Part shown: positions 22,379 to 36,633 of the stretch, one piece after another
How positions within the stretch are numbered: the first letter of the stretch is position 1
Layout: each line of letters opens with the position of its first letter
Assembly (NCBI GenBank): GCA_043228905.1
Contig: JBHGNT010000012.1
Span: 10,788,001 to 10,852,000, forward strand
From: Azolla caroliniana
Taxonomy: Eukaryota; Plantae; Polypodiophyta
Reading direction: 5' to 3'
Length of the DNA: 64,000 nt
Notes under the pieces: model-generated
Told to the model about the DNA's origin: nothing
Seen by the model: only the letters and a program-made list of their open reading frames with translations
Databases searched by the model: none
Made by a program: the position numbers and the translations under genes

Positions 22379-24625
22379 CTCGATCACATCATTTGTGGCT
22401 ATTTAATATAACGATATGTTTAATATAGGCATATGTGGTCACGTATATACGTATTTGATCGTATATATGTGATAAGTAAACATATGTGTATATTCGTTAT
22501 TACGTGATTATATCGAAAGTTGTCCTTGTCGGGAAAAGGATGTTGGTGGTCGTCCTCACATTTTTGTGAGAATGGCGTTGTCACCATCCCTTTTTCAACA
22601 ATTTTTTATTGTTGACAACCCCGTTGATGACCTCGATTTCATTACGTAAAGAAACGCCTATAGCCATAATGATGTTGAGTACGTAGGGCTTGACCCACTT
22701 CAAGTGAGGTCGCTCTAATGACACACGTATCCAACATCCCTCCCTCGTTACATGGATACGATGCCACCATGAGCTCGTTCTTACGAGAGGCATTCGTGAT
22801 CACGTGACCATGTGATGGGCCACGTGGGCCTACTACGAAACGAGGGCTCATTTGGCTTGACCATTAGGTTGCACTTTGGCGTATGCCATCGTAATTACGA
22901 GACTTGAGGTTAGGTAACGTACCAACATAGTTTTGGTAAATGAGGGCGAAATAAGGACCCTTGACATATATGTTCTTTAAAAAAAAACATATATGATCAA
23001 ATGCCTCGCATATCTCTTATACGCATCAAACATTAAGCGTTCGAGAAGAGCAACTTACTTGGTTGGCTCAAGTGTTTAATGTATTTGTTCTCGAGGTCTC
23101 GAATTCAAATATGACCAAGACCATACAACATCCTTGATACATATGACTATAACACATGTTTAGACTAAGGTCTAAGAGCACCTCGGGGTCCTCATAATAA
23201 GACTTAAAGAGCCGAAACCACATATGTGGGCAAAGAAACATAGTTTATTGTTAACATTTTTTTCGTGTATAAACTATTCATGACGCGAACATACATGGTT
23301 GAGCCTCGGGGAGCCACCATGAAAAAATCGATATAGAGATCAGGGAAAGACATTTATTTGTCACCCCCATGGTTTTTAAAACACCTTTGTGTTACCATAG
23401 TAACCTGATCTTGAACCTCATCTCATACGTCTAGAGGGGTATTGACGTGAGATCATGATATTGATTAATGTTTGCCCATGATATGTTTACATCACGACAT
23501 GATGTTATGACTATCTCTCTAACCTTATCCTATTTCTTTTCCAGAAATAATCTTTAATGGCTCAAATTAACGACCCGATGTCATCCGCTCAAGCTGAAGG
23601 AACTCAAGGGAATCCTCGTGGACAAATGTCCACTGAGATGTATTTGGCACAAATAACCCAATACCTTAGTTTCACCGCTCAACAGATGACCGAACTTCGG
23701 CAATCTCAGAGTGCTCTTGAGGCACGTGTCATTAGTCTACAACGTGAGACTAATAGACCTGATGAGCGACAAGGTGAACCATCATTTGTCATTAAGTCAT
23801 TTACGGGAGACAAAAAGGAAAGAACCGAAGAAGCAATCTGCACATGGCTAGGACGATGGGAGTCTCATTTTGAACTCTATCCCATGCCAAATAGTACGAA
23901 GATTGCATATGTCGGCCAAGAATTCGGGGGTAAGGCCGCCGCCTGGTGGCGTGGGCTCCGTACTAATACTGGGCAAGAGTTGAGTCTGGAACAGACACCA
24001 CCACATCCTCGAAGGAATACTTCCACATTGCTAACGGTTTGCTCTACCGTAATGGGAAGGTTTGTGTTCCAGATTTACCCGAGGTCAAAAAGAGGATTCT
24101 TTTTTAATGCCATGATGCACCCTCAGCAGGGCACCCTGGAATACATCGTACACTCGTTCTCATCTCCACTCAATTTTATTGGCCTAAGATGCGTCCTGAC
24201 ATACATAGCTATGTGACTAAATGTCACCAGTGTCAGGTTAACAAAGTCGAGCGACTTAAAGCCGCAAGACTTTTACATCCCTTGGACATTCCCAATAATA
24301 AGTGGGAAAGTATATACATGGATTTTATTGTTAGCCTTCCTCGCACCCAAAAAGGTCATGATGCCATCTGGGTTGTCGTTGATCGACTAAATAAAATGGC
24401 TAGATTTATTGCTACTAAAACCACGGTAACAGCTCCTGAATTGGCTTACCAATTCGTTGACGAATTATTTCGTTTTTATGGGTTACCGATGGATATCGTG
24501 AGTGATCGAGATCCAAAGTTTACTAGTGACTTCTGGACGCAAGTCTTTAAGAAGTTAGAAACTACGTTGAGCATGAGCTCCACGGATCATCCTCAATCCG
24601 ATGGACAGACAGAACAAGTAAATCA

Positions 24626-24920
24626 AAGACTGGTGTTGAATCCCTTGAAAGGGACCAAGGAGGTTACAAGTATTTATACTATGAGTTGAAGTACATGCAT
24701 TAGAATATTCTTGAGAATATTTTGGAGAATATTCTAGAACCCTCTAGAACCTTTTAGTTCTAGAACATTCTAAAAACTCATAGAACGTGAATCAATAAGC
24801 TATGAAGATATATATAACACGATTATGTACTTGGATGTGTTGGTTACAATATAACACTTGACTATAATACAAGAGGTCAAGAGTTTAAACCTTGACATAA
24901 TTGTTGTCATGTCTGTGACA
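24626..24920 (-). mobile_element. Truncated chromovirus-type LTR (G-like architecture)
   Basis: The minus strand starts TGTCAC at 24920. Degenerate tRNA-like segment at 24833-24892, HSE-like array at 24703-24770, TATAAATA at 24671-24678, TTCAACACCAGTCTT at 24626-24640. Confidence 0.65.
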
Positions 24921-25601
24921 ATGGTTGCGACCGTACTGTTGGCAGAAGCCCTGATCTCCTCTTCCATCCATCCCCTCTTATCTGTCCGATTCACCAATTC
25001 CTTACATATCCTACCAACTCCTCCATTAATACGTTTCCCTACATCTTTCCATGCGTCACTTGCTTCCATGTGTTCCAAATTCCCAACATGTTGCTTCTCC
25101 CGATCCTTATCATCCTTTGTAGTGCATACCTCAACTCCACCCACTGCAAGGCCGACACCCTTGCTGTCGATACTTTAATTGTTGCCATTGATGCTTTACT
25201 ACCCTCTGATGGGTCCTTCACCAACATGTTCTTTTGTAGCCCGCTGCCCTTTGGCTCCCTTGCCCTCTAATGCCTTGCTATTAACCTTACACCCTAATCA
25301 AAGAGACGTATCTGACATTTTAGGAGTAGGGAAACTCAACATCGATGTGGTTCATTCGAGGCGCTCTGTGCAGCCGTAAACCAGTCCATCGCTTCTTGTG
25401 ACGTTGACTCACGTTAAGAAAAAGGAATCTGCTGCGTTCGGGGCCCTCCTTGCAAACCCCGCCATTGCTCCTTTCCCCATTTCAGTCACCATCCTAAAAC
25501 TTACAATTGATATTTGCCATGATGAAATTGCCTTTGAAAAGGAAGACTAAGATGCTTGCAAAGAGGTTCTATAATCGAAGCCACCACGAAACTCTATATA
25601 T

Positions 25602-25791
25602 TGTGGTGTGCATGTGTGCCTTTGTGCCACCCTTTTTAGGATGCATGTACATAAGCCGACCCACCCTTTTAGCACACCCTTTTTAGCTAAGCCAACCCAA
25701 ATGGGTACCTTTGTATCAACTATAAATTGAGTAAGAAGTAAGACGCTAACTAGACTGGTTTTGATGTCTTTATGTTTATGTGCATTTTACA
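25602..25791 (+). mobile_element. Solo LTR of the TRIM family found at 43779-44841
   Basis: Reverse complement of the 196-bp TRIM LTR; TG...CA ends; ATAT on both sides (25598-25601, 25792-25795). Confidence 0.88.
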
Positions 25792-25983
25792 ATATGATAC
25801 CTATTTCTTCCTAACTCATGTCCAAAAAAAGATGCTTGCTAAGAGTTACGACGCTGTACATATGTATATCTAATCATAAATAAATAAATAAATAAGTAAT
25901 TTAAAATTAATCAATTTAATGTAACATTTTCCTCCTCTTTTCTTTCCCTTCTCCTTCTCCTTCTCCTTCTTCTTCGACCTCCT

Positions 25984-26023
<40 letters not shown>

Positions 26024-26299
26024 TCAAAGAGGCACCGCACGCATCCATCCATCCATCCATCCATCAGAAGACGATGGCGATGGCGATGGCGATGAACACA
26101 AACACAAACAAAAACAGAAGCAGAAGCAGAAGCAGAAGCAGAAGCTTTTCAACTCTCTCCCTCTCTCTCTCTCGTTTTTGACCCCTTCTTCCTTTCCATA
26201 GACGAAGAAGACAGAAAAAACTAAGAAGAAGAAGAAAGCACACAGACATAAGAAGAAGCATCAAAGAGAGAAGAAGAAAAAGAAGCAGAAAGTGTTCCT

Positions 26300-29200
26300 A
26301 TGTTATCTCGCTGCAGAAACAGTCTCCATTCTTCCTCTTGCTCTTCTTCACAGTTTCTTTGTGGGCACAGTGAACAACGCAGAAGATCTGCTCTTCCTAC
26401 TCAACCAGAAGACTATAGCTATCATCGAATCACAGATTCTTCTAAGAATTCTCGCCATCTCTCGCTCCTCAGATCGGATCATTATCATCATCAAAACGGT
26501 GAGTTTTCCAGGTTTAATTGTTGCTCAATCTCGAAAGTTTCTCATCACAAGAGGAGCAAAGCAAAATATCTTGCGAATCATCATTGCGTATGTGATAAAA
26601 GAAGATTACCTAGCCACAGCTTTAGCCTTGATGAACGTGATCCTGAAAAGGAGAGGAAGAGACGTAGATCTGTGAAAGAGAGAGATAAGAACAGTCCCGA
26701 AATGGTAGGACATAAATGCCGTTCTTTAGACAGCGTTCTAAATGCTAGTAGAGAGATTGCAGCACTAGAAAGTCAACACAGAAGAAGTGGAAGGTTGAAT
26801 AGAACTGAGGTTTGTGCTACGTCACCTCAAGTCAGAACAACGGGTGAAACTTCTTCTAACACAAGCAACAAAAGGAAAGCCTGCAAACTAGATGTAGATG
26901 AAGAAGATGATGAGGAAGAACAGATTCCTGATGATTGGACTGAAGAACATGTTAAGGAGCCTCGGAAATCTCAGAAAAGGAAGAGCTTGGATGAACTAGA
27001 TGCTCATATAGAAGGAAAAAATGTTGTATGGAACAGAAAGTCTAGGAAAAGATTCAAGATTCAGACTAGACCTGTGGATACTGAAACACATGTAAATAGC
27101 ACATCCTATTGTAGTGCGCATAGTAGTCTTCCACAAGAAGAGGTTGAAAAATTGTCAAATATTTCAGACAATTTCATTTCAAAGGCAGGGATGGATGAGT
27201 CCTTGAATACTTCATATGAATCAAAGCCATATATTGTATCTGAAGGAGTAGAAAGGTGCATTGAGGAAAATGACAGAGATTCTCATTTACAAGCTGAATT
27301 GAGTGATAAAGGTTTAAATGACTGCAAAGAGAAATATATTCAGAATGGTGAACGCCAATCCAACGAAGATACTACTACGGAGGTTCATTCTACCTTCAAC
27401 TGCAGTAGCTCCAGTGCTAAAGATGTAAGTAATTCCTCAAACAATGGATCAGATACACATGGGATTGATTCAGTGAAAGCCTCTACTGTAAGCAAGGAGC
27501 AGAGTTCATCTCCAGTCTTTGTAGGAAATGGAGATTCTACAGTGCATGATGCTGATGAGAAAGTGAAAGATCAAGATCCAAGTATTAATGAGGAAACAAA
27601 ACTAGATCTAGATGAAGGAAGGAGGTGTGGATTATGTGGAGGTAATAGCAAGGGAGAACCCCTGGAATTTTTTATGCCATCCTCTAGTAAAGATAGAAGC
27701 GATCAAAAGAAAGCCCATCAAAAGAATGGATCTGATAAAAATCATCCAGGGTACAGTGAATGGGATGCCTTTGGAAGTGATTCTGGCTGGCTTGGGCCAC
27801 TCCTAGGGCCTTTGGATGATCATTTTGGTATTGCAGGAGTGTGGGTCCATCAAGAATGTGCAATTTGGAGTCCTGAGGTGAGAACTCTGCTTCCATTTTT
27901 CATGTGCCTTTTTCTTGATTTCCTACATTGGCAATTCCAAATGTCAAAATTATGACAACTTCTTTGATGGTAAATATGAATCCAACATGCATCTAAAAAC
28001 CCTTTTGAGGATAGAAGGTCTTCGGATGAATGATAATTGATCTGACTAAAGCTGGAACTACAATCACTAGTTCACACATCTAAGCTCTGATGATCTTATG
28101 GGAAAACAAGGTCTTAACTCAAGGAATCAACAGGGCCCTAACTCAAGTAATCCTGCCTATCATGGATAGAAGTTGTCACTCCATTGGTCTCCTTCCATCA
28201 TAGGTGTGCTTAGATAATCTGTGCTGATACGGGCAAGGATTCCCCAAATCTTTCCTTGCCAAGGTTAAACGATAACCACCTATAAGCATTTCATATAGAC
28301 ATACTATTATTAAATTATAAATAAAGTGTGAGATATATATGTACACGCAACGAACGGACATACTATTCCTTTGAACACCATATCCTTGGCCTTGCCAAGG
28401 TTAAACGATAACCACCTATAAGCATTTCATATAGACATACTATTATTAAATTATAAATAACGTGTGAGATATATATGTACATGCATTGACCAGACATACT
28501 ATTCCTTTGAACACCATATCCTTGGCCTTGCCAAGGTTAAACGATAACCACCTATAAGCATTTTATATAGACATAATATTAAATTATAAATAAAGTGTGA
28601 GATATATATGTACACGCAATGACCAGACATACATAAAACTCCTTGCTTTTTTCGTTTTTTCAGAAACTTTTCCCACACATGTTGAGTGAAAAAACGTCTC
28701 CTTCTTGGGGTTACCTCTGGAAACTAGGTCTTAAAGGCAAGACTCTTCTGAATGCTTTTGTTTTTTCCAAAGTGAATCCCTCTTCAGGTTTACTTCCACA
28801 TGTGACAAGGACTCATCTAAAGGCAGACTGCCTCGTTCTTTCCACTTGAGAATCTAAGATTCAGTGTCAAGTTTTGTTGAAGTTAATGAGACTTCACAAA
28901 ACTAGAAGCAACCTACTCTGCTATTTCGCCCAAGTTCTTCAATTGACTAACACGAAGCTTTAGGTGAATATTAGTACTCTTGATCGAAGCGAACAGGTTA
29001 ATGACATGACTAACTTTCGTGAGGATGGTGAAAGGTCACAGCACATTGAAAAATTGACTCTGGAACTATGTTGCGAGGATGAATTCTCAGGAAATGTAAA
29101 ATTATGAAATCTTCCTCTTTTTGGTTGGGCATGTTCGCATTTTTCCAAGGAATTTTGAGCATACATTCCATGTCCTTGAGAAAATCTTTCAGACTTCGCA

Positions 29201-32200
29201 TTTTCTGGATCCACAAACTCAACACTCTGGAGCTCTGGATCTGCAAACTCAACATGGATGAAGCATTGGAATATGTTTAGAACTACGGGAAGAAAACACT
29301 AGAATGGGCAAATACCCATCTCAGTTGAAACACATTTAGAACTGTTGATAGAGAAGAGGAATTCTCAGGAAAGGTAAGATTGTGAACCTTCCTCTTTGAA
29401 GTCCACTGGTTATCCTCTTTGAGCATATATTCCATTTCCTTGAGAAAATCTTACGCTTTGCAGTTTCTGTCTCTGCATATTCAACACAACTGTAGCTCTG
29501 GTTTGGAATCCATACATAAACATCAATGGACCATAGTCTGTTGTATTATGTTTTAAACTATTGTAAGAAAACACTAGATGAGAAAATACTCATCTGAGTT
29601 TGTTTGATTTCTATTTAGAAAGTTTCTAAGCATATCCTATCGTTTCTCATTAACTCTCTCAATTTTCTCCATTTGTTCAAAGATGGTCAGCTATGCTAAT
29701 ACTCAAGGTCGGTTTCCAGCATGTCTAACACATTTGCACAAAAATCTCCTGTAATTTTTTGTAACACCATAACTTATTATATGATTGGTTAACCCATGTA
29801 ATGGATACAAATGTTGGACTAACAACATAGCTAACTTTGGTTCTTAGCTTCAGCCTGCAATGCAAACCAGTCAATGCCCTCATGGTTGTACACAATCTCA
29901 AATTATGAACCACATATATAATGTTTACATTTATAGTTGAATAATTCAACTCCTGCTCATCAAAATCCTTACTTTCAAATGCAATATTATATTATAACCT
30001 TTTAGCGTTACAACTGTGCAATCAACGAACTAGCTTTGGTTCTTAACTTTGATCCTTAACCTGAGCATTCAGTGTGAGTATCAATGTATGACAGAAAAAC
30101 ATTTATCATACTTCCAGATGGTGATATTGCACTTTATCCATTTTGCTAATTGCCATTGGCCTTTGGTCACATTTGTACCCAAATACTGCATGGCATTCCA
30201 TTTACATCCCATGTGACCTGCTGTGGTTTGAGTATTGATTGGGAGATTTTGTAAATGCAACATTTGAACGATGTACTACTGTCCATGGGCTTGATTCAAT
30301 GAAGGACTTTTTTCTTCATTGAGTATAAAGTAGGTTCCATTACTTTTAATCTAAAGTAACTATGTGGTCATAAAGCCGGCCTCTAGACATGGGGCTCAAG
30401 GATTTAGACATTCAATTGATGTATGATTATGTGGCCCAAATCTCTGGCATTGAACTTCGATTTATTATATTCTTCAAGCAGTATCCCAAAGCTAGTTCAA
30501 AGAAGATTCAAAACTATTCAAATTTTCCTATCTAAGACATTTTTGTGTTCCATTTATCTCATTTAAAGTTCACTATTTAGTGTTTTTTCCTAACTGCCGT
30601 GCTCATGGCTGAACATAATTTGTAAGAACATGAATAAAAATTGAATGTTGTATGTTGTCTACATATGTAAGAAAGAAAAGTTTCCCAAGTAATATGTGAT
30701 TTAAATGCTTTTCACACAGGTGTATTTTGCTGGTGTGGGCCATATAAAGAACATTCGAGCAGCTCTTCGAAGGGGTAAGCAGCTGAAATGTAGTCGGTGT
30801 GCACGGCCTGGTGCAACAATTGGGTGTCGAATAGAAAGGTGTCCCCGCACATATCACCTGGTTGGTTGCCTTTTTTTGACATTAGCAAAATAATAATCTC
30901 AAGCCCTTGAGGTTGGGATTCTCTTAATTACAGCTAAAGAGACTATAAGGTATATACACATGCCATACATCTCATGCCAGAAGGCATGTACAGGCTACAT
31001 GATTTCTGAATTTCTTAAACCAAAGACCTCAGAGAAATGACCCTTTTCTGGATAATGTTGGAACCTGCATTTTGTAGACATCCTGATATGGTCATGTAAT
31101 CTCATGTTTTTTGTATCATCTGCAGCATTCAGAAACCCGAAGTTAGAAAATTGCAAAAAGCAAAGATTTTGGCAAAAAGTTAAAACTCATACGCCATGAG
31201 ATCATAAATCTAGTTCTTGCCATATCTACTTACTTTCCAAAATGCCACTAGTTCATTTCTTTCTAACAAATTAATGGCCATCAATGCAGAAGCTATTACC
31301 ATTAGAAGCTATCTGATTACTTTTTGATATAAACCACTCACAAGGTCCAATAATAAAATCTTGAGGAAAAATATGTGAAGCTTATTTGTGGTTTTTAAAA
31401 ACAACATTATTTAAAACAACACAAAACTCAGAGGCCTTGCATCAATTCGAAGCATACGGAGTTAATTAAACTTTATGGAAATTTGCTCGGTGACTTTGCA
31501 GGCTTGTGCACGCTTTGAACGATGTTTCTTTGATCACAGCAAGTTTTTGATGGCCTGTCATGAACATTTACACCACTTTTTGCCTCGATTGCCTGGCAAT
31601 CGGCGTATGAATAGTTTAAATTTGGGACAGATTCGTCTCAAAAGGAAGCTTGGTGAGTGGAAAAAGCTGTCTCAGAGAGCTGCTCAAATAGATGCCGAGG
31701 CAGAAGAAAAGTGGCAGGAAAAGGCAGGTGTTGATGAGGAATTCTTAAAGCGAGAACGCAAACGTCTCCAAAGAGACCTTGCAAGGATTGCACCTGTAAT
31801 GGTTGGTGGATCTGATGGAGAAACCATATCGGATGATTGGGATTCTATTGCAGGATCAGGAGATGTGATACAATGCATGAAGGAAATGGTCGTTCTTCCT
31901 TTGCTATATCCTGAAGTCTTTACTAGCCTTGGAGTTTCACCACCTCGTGGTGTACTTTTATATGGCCATCCAGGCACTGGAAAGACACTTGCTGTAAAGG
32001 CTCTTGTAGGAGCATGTGCTAAAGGGCACAATAAGATTGCTTATTTTGCAAGGAAAGGGGCAGACTGTCTGGGAAAATATGTAGGGGATGCAGAACGACA
32101 ACTTCGCTTACTATTCTCTCTGGCAGAGAAACATCAACCATCCATCATATTTTTTGATGAAATTGATGGTCTTGCACCAACCCGGTCTCAGCACCAGGAT

Positions 32201-35163
32201 CAGACCCACAAGTCAGTCGTCTCAACGCTATTAGCGCTTATGGATGGTATCAAGTCTAGGGGTTCTGTAGTTGTCATTGGTGCAACTAATCGACCCGATT
32301 CATTGGATCCTGCATTGCGGCGCCCAGGACGATTTGATAGAGAAATCTATTTTCCTCTGCCATCGTTATTGGATAGAACGGCAATCCTCAGACTCTTGAC
32401 TAGAAGGTGGCAGTTACCTCCAACAGCAGATGTCATCTCCTTGTTAGCCAGGCAAACTGCAGGTTTTGCTGGAGCAGATTTGCAGGCCCTTTGCGCAGAG
32501 GCTGCAATGAATTCTCTTAGGAGGGTTATTCCTTTAGATGATATGCTGGAAGATGTGGAAAAGAAAGGCATTAAGGAATTTGTGTCATCACCTAATTTGA
32601 ATGTGAATATGCTTGATTGGTGTGTTTCACTACGAAAAGTGTCTCCACCATGCTCTTGGAGATCTGCTAAAGCAGCAGTGAACATTGTTCCTAATGGTCC
32701 GCTTCCATCCCACATGGTCCCTGTTTTCTTGTGGCCTATGGTTTATATGATCATATCATTTCACATGGATGAGAGAGTTGTATTGCCTCCAGTGTTGGAA
32801 ACAATAGCGATACTACTAAAAGAAAAAATCGAATCTCACTTTGGAGATTCTTGGATGGAAAATATTGCCTCTATTTTACATGGAACAATGACTGATTGTT
32901 CTAAGGAGAAACTCGAGCATGAGTTCGAAACTGTATTTTGTGGAAAAGGTATGATCTCTCGGCAGGGGTCAAAGGTAGCTATCACACAGAAGGTAGCATA
33001 CAAGGGTAGCAAGTTCAGAATTATGGTTTCTGGTAAGCGGACAAGTGGTCTCAACCATCTGGTGTCTTGGTTGCTATTTGGATTTGAGGGTTTTCTTGAG
33101 ATGTGCAACCTTAATTTTACAACAATGTTACAAGAGGGACATGGGGATGCAATCCAGGGTCTCATATCAATTTTAGGTAAGCGACCTTTTGTCTTTACAG
33201 AAATCTGACCAGACTTGATACAAATTCTTTTCTTGATTGTATTCACAAAACTTTGCAGGGAATGTTCAAAATAAATGCCCATGTGTCCTGTATATGCCAG
33301 AACTGGAGGCCTGGGCTCTTGAGCCATCAAAGAATACATCTGCTGTAGAAACAAGTCAATGTTGGAATGTCTTTATGCAACAAGTGAATTCAATGCCGTC
33401 AACTCTGCAAATAATTTTTCTGGTGAGTTTTCCTGTTTTCTTATTAAAGCTAGGTCCAAAAAATATTTTTCGTGTTTCTTAGCCAGTATTTTGTTTGTAA
33501 AGGCCTCCACTGGTATGCCCAAGGATGATATTCCACATAAAATTGTCGATTTCTTTTTTGGAACTCCAATCAATCCAGGGCTACTATTTGGAACAACTTG
33601 TGAGATATCTCCGTGTAGATCTGTGCCAAGTTCCTGGGTTGAGGCACCTCATCATATAGTTGACCTGAAGATCATATTTAGTAGGGCGGCTGATGATTAC
33701 GGAAAGTTTCTTTCTGAAGCACTATTATGCTTCAAAGATTCAGCTGGAACCTGCCCATCAGCATCTCAATCATTAATTAATCCAAATCAGAAAAAAATCC
33801 TATGCAAAGACAGTGGCAAAGATGACAGTCTGGGCAAGGCGATGTCTATGGATGTTAGTTTACCTGTGTGCAATACAAATACCGTCGAAACAAATTCTAA
33901 GCATTTAGATTCCAAACAATGTGATGGAATGCCATTAGCACCGAAATGTCCTGGGAATTTACATATTAAGGAGCAAAGTTACTTATCTGTTGCCATATCT
34001 GCTGTTGGATATCAATTGCTCTACCATCCTGAACTCACAGAGTTGCGTCATGCAACATGTAAGCTAAAAGATGGACCTACTTTTGTCACAAAAACAACGA
34101 GGAAAAAGTTATCATCAGGATCTGCTGATGGTGGTTCTAGTCCAAATAACGATTTCGGTTCTATAGACCTGAAAGGGTTGATTGCAGTGGGATTGCTAGC
34201 ATATAATGGCACTTATGTCAAAGCCAGAGATGTAGCTTCAGCTGTGAAGGAAGTTTTAGGTCTCCTAAGGAATCGAATCAATGCAAAGGTGAATCTTGGG
34301 AAAGATCCCAGACAGTTCTGTCATCTTGTCCATCAAGCAGCATCATTAGAAGATAAGATCTTCTCATGGGCTCACCATCTACGCAGGTAACTTCTTGTGG
34401 GAAACCTGTTTTCTACATTCGTCCATCACCCTAATATTTATTAAAATGGATTTATACTCTCAGGTTTGAAAGCGTAGCTATGAAGAAAACTTTTCTATTA
34501 AGCAACAAAGGGGAGTGTTTGTACACAGCTGTTGACACTGTATCAACCAAAGATCAAGGTTCTGATGTGATGCAAAATGTGGTCATTGAACCAGATTATT
34601 TTCTTCATGAAAAGAGTGAAGAGAATCATTTAGAATCCTTGAATTCCAACTCCAGCTTAGCTAAAGGACATCAAGAACAGGATGATCAAGTTATTTTACC
34701 TGGCAATCACATGTTGAATGAAGTCAATCTTGAATTCCTGTGTGGATCAGGCAGTAGATTGTGGGAACATTGTTGTGCTGAATGTTTGCTGAGGGTTAAG
34801 CAAGAGTTTGAAGATTTATTTGTCAGGTCATGGATGCGTAGAGGGGCAGATTCTTCACTAATTGTGGCAGATGAAGTGATTGGCATCTGTACATCTGGGA
34901 TATCAATTGAACTTGATGCTCTCTTCCACATGGATGAGGACAAAGCTACTATACAATGTGTTATGTCGTCACGTGAAGGCACCTGTATGTGTGCAGATAA
35001 GCATAAGAAAGGAATGAATGCTGCGATTTCACCTGTGTCTTACGCAAATGGATGCAAAGAAAGTAAATCAAGCTCTCAGATTGTGGATTCAAATAATGAC
35101 TTTTGCACCACAAAGCTTACATGCCTTTGTCCGCTAATCAAAATAATTTCTTGTATGAAGTGA
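26300..35163 (+). CDS. PHD-finger (zf-HC5HC2H) plus AAA+ ATPase chromatin protein, ATAD2 family, BRP1/At3g15120-like. Exons 26300-27877, 30720-30860, 31502-33176, 33259-33422, 33503-34386, 34464-35163 (~1713 aa)
   Basis: All junctions are GT-AG with compatible phases. ePHD WVHQECAIWSPE|VYFAG..KCSRCARPGATIGC..CPRTYHL|AC. Walker A GHPGTGKT, RKGADCLGKYVGDAERQLR, Walker B IIFFDEID, SRH ALRRPGRFD, and a degenerate second AAA domain. The start codon is uncertain. Confidence 0.9.
28254..28632. repeat. Intronic tandem repeat, 136-bp unit x ~2.8
   Basis: ccttgccaaggttaaacgataacc starts at 28254, 28390 and 28526. Confidence 0.92.
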
Positions 35164-35882
35164 TGGCCTTAACAGCATCGAAGGGAAGTTGTTGATCAGT
35201 ATGGGTCTTCAGGAACTTGATGTTTCTTTTCTTAGGGCATTTGGTTTAAATGAAGCTTTGCAAAATCGTTTTTGGAGAAGTAAATTGATGCACGACCTTT
35301 GACCATATGAATTTTTCAGTTTCAAGGAAGACTGTCAAATTTCAATTCATCCAAATGTCAGATTTGTTTGTTCAATATGCTTGCCAGAGTCCACAAAAGC
35401 CAATTTATGTAGCCTTAAGTTAATTTACTTGGCTTTTCGATCCCACCTAATGATGACGGATAGAGAGATTTTGAAAGAGATTCTCATAATGTCACAAGAA
35501 TGCCTGATTTGACCCTCTTAAGTGGGTTAGGCGTGTTTCATTTAGAACTACATCCAGACGATTGGATATGTGACATGTGTCAACTGATATATATTCTGGT
35601 GAAATTGGCCCAATTTTGTGCTATCTTCCCCTTGAAATAATACAGTAAACCACTGTTTATTGTTTCCTGCAATGACTGGGCTTATTATTTTTCAGGGAAC
35701 TAAAATGGCCTATTTATGAAATTTGGGCCCATTTTTATATAAGAAGTATTATTGTTTGCATTTCTGTACTTTATTAGCAATGATGCGTCAGTATTGGATT
35801 TGGTCCTGTTAGGTGATGTTATACCATAAAATGTCATAGAAGCTTATTTATGATGGAAAGTTGTAAATATGCTCCTGTAGGT

Positions 35883-36633
35883 GCTTTGCTTTCCACTAGG
35901 TTGTATTTACTTGTAGATATCTTTTATTTAAAGGTTACTATATTTATCAATATAAGCTAGATTCAATTCAACTCAGCTGTACTTCATTCAAACAGGCATT
36001 GATGATACACTGGCATTGGTTTCATATTATGGAGAGAAATGTGACATGTATGAGTGGTACTGCTTAGAGAGACTTATTGTGAGTTTATGTAATATAATAA
36101 TTATTTTATTATGGTTTATTTGAAATGTCTAAAGGGGCTTTGCTTTCCACTAGGTTGTATTTACTTGTAGATATCTTTTATTTGAAGGCCATTATATTTA
36201 TCAATGTTAGCTAGATTCAATTAAACTCAGTTGTACTTCATTCAAACAGACATTGATAATCTGCTGGCATTGGTTTCATATTATGGAGAGAAATGTGACA
36301 TGTATGAGTGGTACTGCTTAGAGAGACTTATTGTGAGTTTATGTAATATAATACTTATTTTATTATGGTTTATTTGAAATGTCTAAAGGGGCTTTGCTTT
36401 CCACTAGGTTGTATTTACTTGTAGATATCTTTTATTTGAAGGTCATTATATTTATCAATGTTAGCTAGATTCAATTCAACTCAGTTGTACTTCATTCAAA
36501 CAGACATTGATAATCTGCTGGCATTGGTTTCATATTATGGTGACAAATGTGTGGGTGGTACAGCATAGAGATATTTATTGTGACATGATATAATACAGTA
36601 ATTCTTTTATTATGGTTGATTTGTAATGTCTAA
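35883..36633. repeat. Tandem repeat, 254-bp unit x ~3, downstream of the ATPase gene
   Basis: gctttgctttccactaggttg starts at 35883, 36137 and 36391. Confidence 0.92.

Larger units (their letters stand above)
20800..24628 (+). mobile_element. Ty3/gypsy element I, internally deleted: 5' LTR 20800-~21869 (interrupted by solo LTR H), PBS 21872-21883, long leader, gag fused to an integrase remnant
   Basis: Starts TG; TATA box at ~21593; PBS TGGTATCGGAGC. Gag (23557-~23965, GKAAAWW) is followed directly by integrase HHCC (CHDAPSAGHPG..CHQCQ) and WESIYMDFI..SDRDPKF..DGQTE. Confidence 0.82.

Noticed and set aside
23064-23112. Additional tRNA-like A/B box pair in the leader of element I
   Set aside because: The A-box-like TGGCTCAAGTG is present, but the B-box is too degenerate to support
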